Source: Lama guanicoe (taxonomy: Eukaryota). From it: DNA of 64,000 nt. How positions within the stretch are numbered: the stretch's first letter is position 1; each line of letters starts with the position of its first letter. The stretch covers positions 62,001-126,000 of the forward strand of contig MU053468.1 in the NCBI GenBank assembly GCA_013239625.1, given 5' to 3'. Positions 37,113-60,952 of the stretch are shown here, in pieces. Made by a program: the position numbers and the translations under genes. The notes beneath the pieces were generated by a model. The model searched no databases. It was not told the origin of the DNA and was given only the letters and a program-made list of their open reading frames with translations.

Positions 37113-37274
37113 TTTTTAAAAAATATTTTATTTATTTATTTAATTATTTTAGTTTGGCAAGGGGGAGGTAATTAGGTTTACTTGTTTATTTTTTAATGGA
37201 GGTACTGGGGATTGAACCCAGGACCTTGTGCATGCTAAGCATGGGCTCTGCCACTTGAGCTGTACCCTCCCCCC
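37113..37274 (-). mobile_element. tRNA-Ala-derived SINE (camelid Vic-1-like)
   Basis: Reverse complement GGGGAGGGTACAGCTCAAGTGGCAGAG...GGTCCTGGGTTCAATCCCCAGTACCTCC with A and B boxes, followed by an A-rich tail containing CCTAATTACCTCCCC. Confidence 0.85.
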
Positions 37275-37934
37275 AGCTTCCTGGGGATTTCAATGTGCAG
37301 CCAAGGTTGAGAACCCCCACCTTATCTGGCCAGCTAGTCCAGTGCTTTCTGCAACTGGAATCACTTCCAGTGTTTTTTGTTTTTTTTGTTTTTTTGTTTT
37401 TTTGTTTTTTTTTTTAAATGTCGACATCCTAGTCCCTTCCCCTCCCCTGTCCCACAGCAATGGAGTCAGCATCTCTGGAAGTGAGCCTCAGCCATCAGGA
37501 TAGTTTTTAAAGCTCCCCTAGTGATTCTAATATGTAGCCAGGTTTGAGAATTGAGAAGTGCTGCTTCAACTAATTCCCTCATAGCTGCGTTTACCGGGCA
37601 ATCACTGAGTCCCTCTTCTGAGGACCTGTGCTGGGGGACTCGTCAAAGGTTGGTTGTCCCCAGCAGTCCTGGCTGCGCCTACAAAAAAGACGCAAGGAAG
37701 GATGTGGGCCCAGCAGTCAGCTTTCCTCCAGTCCCCTCAAGCTGAGTGTGCGTGTGCGTGTACACATGTGCACGCGTGACTTTGTCACACCATGACCCCA
37801 GAAAACAGCAACCTGGTTCCCCTGCTCCTCAACCCCTCCCACTAGGATTGACCTCCTAGGAGCTGGAGGGCCCTTGGGGCTTCTCCTTCCTCATCAACTT
37901 GTTACCCACCCAGGTTATTGGACTTTTTAATCAA

Positions 37935-38430
37935 TAGAAATTGCTAAGAGGCCAGGTGAGAAAGGCAGGCTGCAGCACGAGGGAGTGAAAACAAGTAACA
38001 GGTGCCCTTGCTTGGGGAGGGGCAAGCTGGTTCCTTAAATGGGGTAAAAACAGGGGCGAGTCTGTGGGCGAGGCCCAGAGGGTGGCTTAGGTGGTCTGCT
38101 CACCCCCTCGGTGGTGCTGTGTGCAGGGATCATGGGCAGTCCTGTTTTTGCTCCCGGCACCTCAGAAATGGCAGTTGGTCTGTGGCCTTTTTGTATCTTC
38201 TTGTTCATAACTGCCCTGACTGGGCATGTGTCCCGTTATTTTTAGTCTCTTATAGTTTCTTTGTATTCTGTTGCTCGAGGAGGTGTTTGTCCAGGTGCAA
38301 GCACTGCAGTAAAGGGTCCCAGGTCCCAGCCTGTCTTAGTTTCACCCAGGAGAGGGCCCAGAGAGATGCCTACAGGTGCTGGGAAGACCTCAGGGGACTC
38401 CTGACCCAGGGCTGCTCCTCTCTCATCTAA
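37935..38430. mobile_element. Probable ERV solo LTR
   Basis: About 500-bp block with LTR-like composition and an abrupt transition from the flanks; family not identified. Confidence 0.4.
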
Positions 38431-38759
38431 GTTCTGTATGACCTGCACGTGCTTCCTGTAGACCAGGCAGGGGTCTAAGGCAGCAATCACCGCACTATTT
38501 TCTAGGGAAGAGAAATCTTGAGAGCCAGGAGCAATGTTTGCATGTCCTCTCATGAGGAAGCCGGGCGTGGTCTGAATAGGGGATCCAGCCCAACCCCTGA
38601 ACTGAAATAAATCTAAATGAAAATGTCTTGGACCCCTCCCCCAGGCCTCAAGTCCTGTGATCTCATAAGAATGGCCTGTGCAAATACAGGGAATTGGACC
38701 CTTAAACAACCACCACACCAGCTGAAATGAGAGTTCCGTACTACTGTTTTATGACATGG

Positions 38760-38765
38760 TTTATT
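38760..38765 (-). terminator. TEKT1 polyadenylation signal AATAAA
   Basis: TTTATT on the + strand 28 nt past the stop codon, giving a very short 3' UTR. Confidence 0.75.
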
Positions 38766-38792
38766 AAGAATGGCTTAACGAGAAGCCTCCTC

Positions 38793-50566
<11,774 letters not shown>

Positions 50567-51722
50567 TCAAAAGTAGAATTTCTTTTAGATTCACTGAAAG
50601 CAAGTTGTCCTTTTTTTTTTAACAGCAGTTTTTATTAAAGATCAAGAAATGAGCATTATCAGCACCTCATGCCTCTGGCCACAATTCTTCACCCACCCAC
50701 CCCCACTACCCTACCACGCAGTGATCACTATTCCAACTTTTAATGCTATAAGTTTGTTTTTCATGTTTTTGAACTCAATATAAATGGAATCACTATGTGC
50801 CTTTCTATATCTGACTCCTTTCACTCAACATCATGTTCTAAGATTTATCAGTATCACTCAGCTGTAGTTTGTTCATTTTCGTTGAAGTGTAGTATACCAT
50901 TGGATGAATATACCAATATTTATCTCTGTTTTCTATTATTTGTGGTTTCCAGTTATGGACTATCATGAGAATGCTATGAATATTCCCATAAATGTTTTTT
51001 GGTGAACACATGCATGCATTTTTTATGACTCACTAGAATTTCTGGGTCATAGGTCAGTGTTCAGTTTTAGTAGGGATTGCTAAACAGATGAACTCAGATA
51101 TGTTTCTAAAAAAATGGACAAACATAACATCTATAAACTGACAATTGGGTATTGAGCCTATTCAGCAGATGAAAGAAACAAAACTTTCCCAGGACAAAGA
51201 AAAGGAGAGAACAAGAAGAAGAATGTATGAGGAGTCAGCAGGCAGAGGCCAGCAGCAACAGAGAGACGACTGTTTCACCACCTCATCTGCACACAGCTCT
51301 GTCTGTGAGAACTGCCTTCCTCAGACAGGGCTAAAGTCTGCCCCCAGCCACATTCCCATCCCCAAAATCTGAGCACCTGTCCCTAAAGGCTTCTGGATCT
51401 CTAAAGTCTTTGAAATATACAAGGATGGAAATGGGGTCAGATCTGGACCAGGCTGAGCCCTAGGTCACCCAGCACCCTCTGACAACATGGGTCTCCTAAT
51501 CCAGTCCCTCCTATGGCCCCTGCCAAGTTTGTCTGCGTGTGGGACTCAAAATTTAACCCAAGACTCCTCGATAAGTCTGAGTAGCTCCCAGAGAAATCGA
51601 AGTTAGGGCTAAATGAGGTCGAAATTAAACCAAAATTCGGCCTGATCCCAGTGGGCACGAGACTTTAGGTAGGTCTGAGGCTGCAGTAAAGGGTTGATAG
51701 GGTGGGGCCGGGGTTTACTTAC

Positions 51723-51900
51723 CTCAAGGACAGAACTACTACGCAACTTCAGGGTGGGAGGCTCCTTACCCTAGCTGGAGCTCGGAGCTCTTGTAGAACT
51801 GGGAGGTTAACAGCACGGTCTCCATGGCAACCAATGACGCGTCACCAAGGCAAAGGGGGCGCGGTCTAGCGCGAAGCAGCATCGCTGGAAGATTCTGCGC
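51723..51900 (-). promoter_or_regulatory. TEKT1 non-coding first exon and proximal promoter with RFX X-box and CRE-like palindrome
   Basis: X-box GTTGCCATGGAGAC (- strand) at 51818-51831; CCAAT at 51831-51835; TGACGCGTCA at 51835-51844; candidate donors AGG|GTAAGG (exon end 51770) and GAG|GTAAGT (exon end 51723); CpG-rich. Confidence 0.7.
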
Positions 51901-52479
51901 AGGCGCGAGTTCTATGTTTTCCCAGCTCTGGAGACACAGGAATGTGGCCTGGGAGAGCTCGGGCCAGATGCTCGGCCGTCTCAACCTACCACGAAGACGC
52001 GGGACACCAAGCAGGAGACAGCGACCAAAACCCCAAGCTAGGAGTCGGGAGTTCTGCGGTTGGGTCACCTCCGGCCGCACTGCTCTCACTGGATCTGGGA
52101 CTCCCCAGGTGTGCTTCAGGGTTGGGCTGGACGGTGCCTCCACGTCCGTCCTCCCAGCCGTCGGCTGGCCCGGGACCGCTAAGCCACAAACCTGGCGCTA
52201 CAGGGAGTTAGGCGCGAGAGATTCCTGGGTTTGCCGCGGCTGCGAGGGGGTTGAGAGGAGGTGGGCGGAGGCGCCGGTCCTCGCACCCCAGGCCTGCCCC
52301 TCAGAGGACAGACTAGGGCGGTGGCCGGACTCAGACTAGGAGTCAGAAGTAGTTTTTACATCTACAAAAGGAGTGGATTGGAGCTCCCAGACTGAGAGTA
52401 GTGTTCGGAGTATGTTCTTTATGGTTATAGTATTGGTAAGGTACTAATAAGTAAAAAATAAAGGAATTACACAGTTTGG

Positions 52480-53100
52480 GGGGAAATGCGGATTGCTGGC
52501 CTAGGTCCTTGTCCACACGGCCTGAAATGAAGAAAATGGGTATTCAAATCTCCCGCCCAAATGGCAAACCTGCAGCTCCGCCCTTTATGCCAGCCAATCA
52601 AAGACAGCCTCCCTCTAAGGGCAACCAGTCAGAGGAGGCTTTGCCTCGTGTAGCCCGCCCCGTTAACATCTCGCGAGCCCTTCGTTAGCGCCTGGGGAAA
52701 CCACGAAGCGTCATGAATATTAAACACGTGGCTGGTCCAGGTGTGCGCCCAGGAGCTCATGTTGCATATTCATATTCCGCACCCCTCAGAGGAGGGGCTA
52801 CTCTCGGAACGAAGTTGCCCCGCCCCACCCACACCCCAGCAGGGGAGTCCCCAGTCTCGGCTGCTGGTGGGTGTGCAGGGAGTGGAGCCCGGGTTTCCCA
52901 CCGGGGGAAGGGCCCGAGTCCCAGCCCCAGCCCTGCATTCACAAGGACACCTGAAGAAGGTGGTCCGGCTCCTGAGTGCGTGGGGCAGGCGGGTCTCCTT
53001 TCCTACTTAGGCGAGAAAAAGGGGCGGCAACCTGGAGCGAACTAACCCTGAATGGTTTCCTTTGGAGGCCCCGACCCTGGGGTCCCCCCACCGCAGGTTA
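52480..53100. promoter_or_regulatory. Second CpG-rich promoter-like module (CDE/CHR, CCAAT, GC box, MYB and TCTCGCGAG motifs)
   Basis: GGCGG-GAGA-TTTGAA on the - strand at about 52543-52557; CCAAT 52594-52598; GCCCGCCCC 52653-52661; CCGTTA 52660-52665; TCTCGCGAG 52669-52677. Confidence 0.55.
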
Positions 53101-53994
53101 CAGGAAGGGAAATTTCTTGGACCTGCTAGGAATGTGATAGAATTGGTCAAAGTACATGAAATTAGCTGTATAAATTATGATCATGGGTCGCCATTGTATT
53201 TTGCATCCGTAGACAGATTTAATCCTCCCCCCTCCCCCATGGGGTGGAGGGAACTAGAAAAACCCTGAGACCCTTACCAAAGAACTAATGCTTATGGTTG
53301 AGTCCTGCCAGCTGGGCTCTCCTCCGCTGCTTCTGCCCTCTGAAATGACTAAACTTGGAGTCTGTTGCATCTCCTAATACACTTTAAAAAAAGAAAAAAA
53401 GAACTCTCCTTCAACTGTTTATTTTATAGTTTAAGTGTAATTGCAACTATTTGAAAATATTTTCAAAAGAAAAACCTTATTTTGCACCCACACAGGCCAG
53501 CAAAGGAATGAGTCCAATCAAGTGTGGAACAGCTTATTATCAATAATTACTCAGTGTATCTGGCATCAGTATTGGGTAGGGAATAAGAGTATGTAAAGCA
53601 GATACACAGCTCAAGACTTAGAATTTGCTAAATTAATAAGTGGACAGCCAAAGCTTATATTCAGAGTTAGGAATCCTCAGGCAAGATGCATTTGAGTTTT
53701 AAGTGATTCTGAGATTTTTGTTGGTCGGAATAAAACTATGTTTCCCAAATTTCAGTCAGTCTAGTGCCAACTTCTTCATTTTTGACATATCCATGCACCA
53801 CCTGTAAAATTATTTTGATATTTTTCTTCAAACACACTCATATCTACATGTAAGCAAAATTATTTTAAAAGACGACCCTACATCACTCCCATAAACAGAA
53901 AACTAGTATCACTTGCATGAGAGAGTAACCACTAAAATAAATAAAATGAAACAAGATGATATAAAATGTAACATGGATTAAAAACAGTGAGATA

Positions 53995-54810
53995 ATGGAA
54001 ACCACCTAACAGCTGACTGGATAAAGAAGATGTAGTAGATGTATACAATGGAACACTACTCAGCCATAAAAAAGAACGAAAATCCTGCCATTTCCAGCAA
54101 TATGGATGGACCTGGAGATTGTCATTCTAAGTAAAGCAAGCCAGAAAGAAAGAAAAAAATGCCATGTGATATCACTTATATGTGGAATCTAAAAAAAGGA
54201 CAAAGAACTTTTACAAAACAGAAACAGACTCACAGACATAGAAAACAAATTTATGGTTACCAGAGAGGGAAGGGTGTGGGAAGGGATAAATTGGGAGTTC
54301 AAGATTTGCAGATACTAACTAATATATATAAAATAGATAAACAACAAGTTCATACTGTATAGCACAGGGAACTATATTCAATATCTTGTAGTAACTTATG
54401 GTGAAAAAGAATATGAAAACAAATATGTATATATGTTCATGTGTGACTGAAGCATTATGCTGTACACCATAAATCAACACAACATTGTAAACTGACTATA
54501 TTTCAATAAAATATATATTTACAAAAAAGAGAAACACACCAGGTTTTTGTGTATTGATTTTGTATACTGCAACTTATTAATGTTCTGTAATGACTATTTC
54601 TTAATGTTCTATTTAAAAGTATAGTTCAGTACCATATACGGAATAGACAGACAACGGAGTCTTGCCGTATGACACAGGGAACTGTATTCAATATTTTCCA
54701 GCAGCTCTTAGGAGAGTATGAAGGGGAACATGCATATATACATGCAGCTGGGTCCCTGTGCTGTGAGCCAGGAATTAGCGCAGCATTGTGGATCGACTAT
54801 ACTTCAAAAA
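53995..54810 (+). mobile_element. L1 3'-end fragments (artiodactyl-type)
   Basis: TGGATAAAGAAGATGT..., TCACTTATATGTGGAATCTAAAAAA, TATAGCACAGGGAACTATATTCAATATCTTG. Confidence 0.8.
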
Positions 54811-55664
54811 AAATTTTTTTTAAAGTACAGTTCAGGATGCTAAACATACATTTATTGTTTATAAATACCTATCTACTAGCGTTTATGTGGGCCAAGAAAA
54901 GTCTGATTGAGCCAAACCCTGGAAAATGTAATTATTCTTTTACTATATGGTCATGACCTTGTGCATCTGATCGTTTTCATGGGACCTGCTGTTGAGCCTT
55001 GGCAGATATCATCGAGTACTTCTCAGAATGTGGGCGACCCTCCAGTAATCGCATCAGAACCTCTCCAGGGGGATCTTGGTCAAGGATGGATTCCCAGGCC
55101 CCATCATCAACCTGCTGGATCAGAACTTAGGTTTAGGAAATGCTGCCCCTTCGTGGGGCTTGCTTGGTCCTACCAGTGGTCTTCCCTGGGGTTTCACTTT
55201 TCCACAGAAAACAGAACATAAACCTCAAATTGTCCTTGCACTTGGACCAGTTCCCTTTGTTGATCTGATACAAGAATAGCTTTTTGTGCTGCAACACTGA
55301 GTTTGTTGAATAGACCCCTTGTGTTTTAGGAGAAGAAATTTAGTGCTTCATTGCTCACCGTCACTGCAGGCCCTGGTAGCTCTGAGGATAAACCAGGTTG
55401 GATTTCACCCTGGAGGATTAGCATTTCATAGAACACACAAAGCTCCTTGAAAGTCAAGATAAGGCAGGACAAAGTGTGCACTGGGCTCTTTGTGTGGTTG
55501 GTTTCTTGTCTTGAGCCACTTGTCAGGCACAGCGGCTGAAGGTGCTGAATTGGATGAAGCAGTAACATTCAAGAGTCAAACCAGCTGCAAGATGCTCCCT
55601 GGTGGGTGGAGCAAAGGCTGCTAACCCACCTCCTGCCCTTTTCACAATTAACTCCACACCTGGG

Positions 55665-56235
55665 ATTGTAGGAAAGGAAAAGCTTTTCCTCTACCCGCTT
55701 ATGTTCTGTCTCTGGGGATGTGCAAATTAAACTGACAACGCGTAGAAGAAAATAAGTACAATTTTTATTGATGTTAGCATGTTTGTGTGCATGGGAGCTT
55801 CCCCAAAAAAGAAGTGAAAACTCAAAGAAGCAGCTAGACACGGGGGCTTATATACCATTTTAACAAAGGGCAATACACTGTGGAGAAGTGACTAGACAAA
55901 GGGAAGGAGACCTGGGCTTCTAGGGGTGATAAATTCTGGAAAAGTGACTAGGAAATGTATGGGGAAACTAATGGACGATAAGGGTTATTTTAGTGAGGTC
56001 TGTCTATGGAGCTCCATCTCAGTGTGACCCCAGTCTCTAGTGCTAAAAGTTAGTCTCTTCTTCATGAGACAGAGGGACACATTCCTTAAAGGAAAATCCA
56101 TGCCCTACTTTTAGGCAGATAAGGGGAGGACAGAGAACTTTTCCTGGATCTGCTGTTTCTCAGTTACCTTCATCTCAAAATAATCCTAGTGCCAACATGG
56201 CATATTTTGGGGCATCATACTCTGAGCCCTTCTGG
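55665..56235. mobile_element. Probable ERV1-type solo LTR
   Basis: Starts TGTAGGAAAGG; ends CTCAAAATAATCCT...GGCATATTTTGGGG...TCTGAGCCCTT, typical of MER4-group/ERV1 LTRs read antisense. Confidence 0.5.
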
Positions 56236-56659
56236 GATCTTCAGCGCATCCAGCTGGGGAGAAGTTGGATAGGAGCTGGCACAAAAGGATGATTTCAGGC
56301 AGTTTCTTGGGAATTCTAACTGCACCCCCTATCCTGTGCAGAACAATTGGCTTGCTCTCCCCGCTCCTCCAGAATTCCTGTGGACTAATTTGAGAGCATC
56401 TCTCTGAACCCAGAGAACCACGACAGTAGGATGGATGTGCCCCGTGGTGGAACAGCTCTGCGAGAACGTAGAAACTTAGATGGTGAAAACCAAGCCTTAC
56501 AGTTCAAAGGACTGAAAAATAAATCATGAGTAATTTTTTTAAAGTTTCGTGAAGTATGTGGATAAGTCCTATCTTCAAATGAGCCTAATACTATGAATAA
56601 TAAATAAACGGACTCCTATTTAAAATCTAAGCAACCTAACTCAAGGAAATCATTATGTT

Positions 56660-56673
56660 CCACTAGAGGGCAC
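56660..56673 (+). promoter_or_regulatory. CTCF core motif
   Basis: CCACTAGAGGGCAC. Confidence 0.5.
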
Positions 56674-58649
56674 TGTGGTAACAATCTCGCAACTAGCTTA
56701 TAAAATAACAGGCTCATGAGAAACGAGGGAGTCTGGGATTCGTTTATAAATTTGTGATGAGTACTGCTTTTGAGCCGAAACAAAAATCAAATGCCACTTT
56801 TACCACGGGGGTTTGTCTATGTGATGCGGAAACTACTCAGGGAGGTTTTGTTTTTTCTTTTTTTAAGTCAGAATGACATTAAAAAAAAAATCAAGTTGAC
56901 GGGTTGAACAAAACGGAATTGCTTTCATTAGTTGCTATGTTGTTCTGTTGCTATGTGGTCTGGTAGAAGCTACAGACATAATCAAGGAGATCACATTTCC
57001 TCTGCCTCAGCCGTTTGAAAAGTTTCATCCCCCCTAAGAGTCCTCATCTCCAGTTGTGCTCGAAGCAACAAAGTTTGCCTGAGGGTTTAACTTGGGAAAG
57101 ATAATCAGAGTTACAGCTGGCTTTTTTTGAACGCTGAGCACCAGGCTGGGCACTTCACAGTGGATTAGCTCTTTAATCCCCGCAGCAGGGCTCTGTGTTA
57201 GGACCTATTATTATCATCTCCTTTGGACGGAGGAGGAGGCTGAGGCCGTGGAGGATTGAGGGCTTACCCACGGAACACTGCTAATTGGTGGCAGAGCTGG
57301 GATTCAGACTGGGGCAGACTGAATCTAGATGCCACCTCTGAGCTATTTCCAGGCAGTTTATGGCAAGGGCAGAACTAGAACCCAGCTCTCTTTCTCACAA
57401 ATTAAAGAGTGACTTGAATGTTGAAAAAGATGTGTACGGGCAAGAATGGGTAGAAGCAAACTTTAGAAGAGGGCTGAGGAGAAAGACACACAGTGTCTGG
57501 GTTTGCAAAGAGATGGGTTCATGCCAAGAAGCAAGAACGTTCTGGCTGAGCCGGGATGCCCCATGTATGCCAATTCTGCACAGTACATGAGTGGCCGAGA
57601 CCGGAGGGACTGCCCCACCGCCTCCTCAAAATCCAGAGCCTGAGACCCAGGGGCTGGTGGACCTCCCAGGAGAAGCTCACAGAAGACTGCTCTTGCTTTT
57701 GGACACAGAACAGAATAGTTAGGCGTTCACCGAAATCTCCAGAGCCCTTAGTCAAGTACATTCCAAACTGTAATTGTACTTCGGTACTCAAATACAGGCA
57801 CTGCGCTAACACACATCTCTCTTGTCCTAGTTCACTGAAAGTTCCTAACAGCCCTCGGAGGGCAGTCCATCATCTGGGAATTTGATGTGCTGGCCCCTCA
57901 CGGACAGCACGTGTGGATTATGAGCGAGAAGATACATCCTGCACACAAATTGAGTATTTTAACTGCCCTCCCTTTTCTCTGAGCGATACAGCAAATTCTG
58001 TTATTAAATGCAACCCACTTCTTAGGAAGCATGGCAGACGGCTGACTTCCCACTTCCAAGGCCTTCCTAAAATGGCAGCAAAGGAATAAAAATAAATACA
58101 TATAAACCTATAAGGGAGAAAATGGGAGAAGAGACAGCATGGCTAAGACAGTCCCACAAACATTTGGAAGATGGAGAGGTGGATGGCTGATTTGGTGGAA
58201 CTGGGGACCACTCTCTGTGTCTCTGCAGACAAGGAGACCAACCAGCAGAAGGGGGTTGGCTCTGTTGAACTCTAAGTTCAGGGGACTTGGAGGACCAAGG
58301 TCTCCAGAAGCTGGGAATGAGCCTGGCACGAAAACTGGGGGCTAAAGGTCATGTGAGGGGGTGGTTAGACCTCCTCTGCTTTTGAAAATGAACAGGCATC
58401 GCAGGCAGGCTCACCCCAGCCCTCTCCACACCCCCATCGTGCCCCTCCCACCTGCACTGCCGGCAGATCTGAGAAGTTCTCTGGAGAACTGATGGCTTCA
58501 GAGAAAAGAACTCTGATGTCTGACATTTTGGAGTCACGCCCCCATTGAAAAGGCTCAATTACCTTGTACTAAGTCCTTCCCATTGACAAACCCAGCCACT
58601 CCTTCACAGCCTCTATTCATCTTTTTAGTGAATCGGGTTTAGACAAGAA

Positions 58650-59790
58650 TGGGCAGCCCAGGATCATCAAACATTTGAAAGACAGGGACCCAAACAAGCA
58701 GGAGAAAGGAATCTAGAGGAAATAGAGCTGATGGGAGCAGGAAAAAAATGTGAAAAAATAAAAGTTCTTTAAATAATTCCTTCAGAGAAATAAAATAAGA
58801 CGCTATAGTCATTAAAGAAGAGTAGGATGTTATTTTTAAGGGAATTAATGAGAAAACAAGAATGAGATTTTGGAAATATTTAAAAAGGAGAGTAAGAAGA
58901 AAATACTTAAAAGAAAGTTCGAGAGGTAATGCAGAATAAGAGTTCAAGAGGTTTACAAATAATAATAATTGAGGAAAGATAAGAATGAGGACCAGTCCAG
59001 GAATTCCAATTTCCAACTAGTAGGAATTCAAGAGAGAACAGGGGAAAAGAGAAATGGGAGGAAGGAAGTTCTAGCAAAAACAATACCATTTTCCAGAACT
59101 GAAGGACATGAATCTCCAGATTGAAAGGTCCCACTAAGTGCCTGACATCATGAATAAAGATTCGCACCAAGATATGCCAGCACAAATTTCAGAAGACCCT
59201 GAATAAGGAAAAGATTTTCAAAGCTTCCAGAAAAAAAAAAATAGTACAGAAAATCAGAATGGCATTAGACATCTAAATAGCCACAAAGACGTTAGAAAAT
59301 AATGGAGCAGTCCCTTTGAACTCCTGTGTGAGAATGATTTTCAGCCTGGAATACTTGTAACTGGATGATCAATAAAGAATAAAAGTAGAATAAAACATTT
59401 CAAACATGCAAGGATTTAAATTTTACCTCACACATGTATCTTCTCTGAAACAGCTACTGCAGGATGTGTGCCAACCAAATGAGAAAGTAAATTAAGAAAG
59501 GAGTTGTGGAACTAGAATTCATGGGATTCAATACAGGAAGGCAGTGAAAGGAAATGCCAGGATTACATAGAGAGGGGACCAGAAGGGAGGCACCCAAGGA
59601 ATAAAGAAAAGGACATGTTTGAGGACATAGAAAATAGTATCCAGAAATGCTGATGCACTTGGGGGAAAAAATTAGTGATTGGTATATGGAATGCTAAGCA
59701 AATAAAAAACAAAAAGTAATGATTAGTTCTGGAAATAAAATAAAAGAATGACTCATGTAAAGGGTTTAAAATAGAAATGAGCCTAATGCA
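58650..59790 (+). mobile_element. Degenerate L1 ORF1 region
   Basis: TTTCCAGAACTGAAGGACATGAATCTCCAGATTGAAAGG and AAAATCAGAATGGCATTAGAC, both L1 ORF1-like; strong A-richness. Confidence 0.65.
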
Positions 59791-60036
59791 TCTGAGGACT
59801 AGCAAGAAGAGTGGAGCTGGAGCAGAATTAGGGGGAGAAGAAGACTAGGGGATGATGTCAGAGAGATAAGAGGGACCAGGATGTGAAGGCTCTGCAGACT
59901 ACTGTGAGGACTTTGAGTGAGATGGGCACTGCCGCAGGGTTTTGTGATCTGACTCACATGTTAGCAGGAAAATTCTGCCTGATGTGTGAAGAATAAACTA
60001 TAGCAGGGAGAAAGGTAGAAGTAAGATGCTATTGCA

Positions 60037-60162
60037 GGGTGAGGGTATGGCTCAGTGGTAGAGCGTGTTCTTAGCATGCACGAGGTCCTGGGTGCAATCC
60101 CCAGTACCTCCATTAAAAAAAAATCTAATTACCTCCCTTCCCCTCAAAAAAATAGAAAAGAA
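60037..60162 (+). mobile_element. tRNA-Ala-derived SINE (camelid Vic-1-like)
   Basis: tRNA-like head, CTAATTACCTCCC tail motif, target-site duplication AGATGCTATTGCA / AGATGTTATTGCA. Confidence 0.88.
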
Positions 60163-60444
60163 GAGATGTTATTGCAGTTAGAAGGCTAGTACAGTGATCC
60201 AATCATGATGGCCCAAGAGGATTGATGGCAGCTTGGACCAGGATTGGAGGTGTGTGGACAGAAGTGAGTGGACTCTTGGTACACTTGGAAGGCAGAGCCA
60301 AAATATTTCTTGACATAACAGATGTGAGGTATGAAAGAAAGAGAGAAGTCAAGAGTGGCCCCAAGATTTTTGGTCTGAGCAACTGGAAAGATGAAGGGGC
60401 AGTCAACGAGATGAGGAGACCAAAGTTGAAGCAATGACCTTGTT

Positions 60445-60952
60445 ATCCCTTGTCGAACCAGTCCCAACTTAGTGGCATAAAACCACCACCATCATCTATT
60501 TATTATTAGCTCTCATGGTTTTGGGGGTTGACTGGGCTCAGTTGCACATGTCTGACTTGCTGGTTGGACTAGAAGATTAGGATAGCTGGAGGACGGACCA
60601 GGTGGGGCTCTTCAGACATCCGTATCTTCATGGCCTCTGTCCCTTTCTCTCTCTCTTTCTCCCTCTCTATGTCTCCCACCGTGGTCTCTCGACATGCTCT
60701 CTCCACCATGGTGGCTTCAGAAGAGCTGGACTCCTTACATGGTTGCCCAGAGCTCCACAGAGTGTGTCCCACAACAGAGAGGGAAGCCACATCGCCTTTT
60801 ATGACCCAGCATCAGAGGCAGCACAGCATCTCTGCAGCTACATTCTACTCCTTAGAATCAAGTCACCATATTCAAGTAGGCAGGGGATCAGTTCCCTCTC
60901 TTGATGCAAGGAGAGTCCAAGGATTTGTGAATATGTTTTAAAACCACCACAG
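60445..60952 (-). mobile_element. MaLR (MLT1-type) LTR
   Basis: AACTTAGTGGCATAAAA at one end and TTTTAAAACCACCACA at the other. Confidence 0.55.

Noticed and set aside
58639..59805. Hydrophobic - strand ORFs resembling membrane proteins
   Set aside because: Antisense translation of A-rich L1 sequence.
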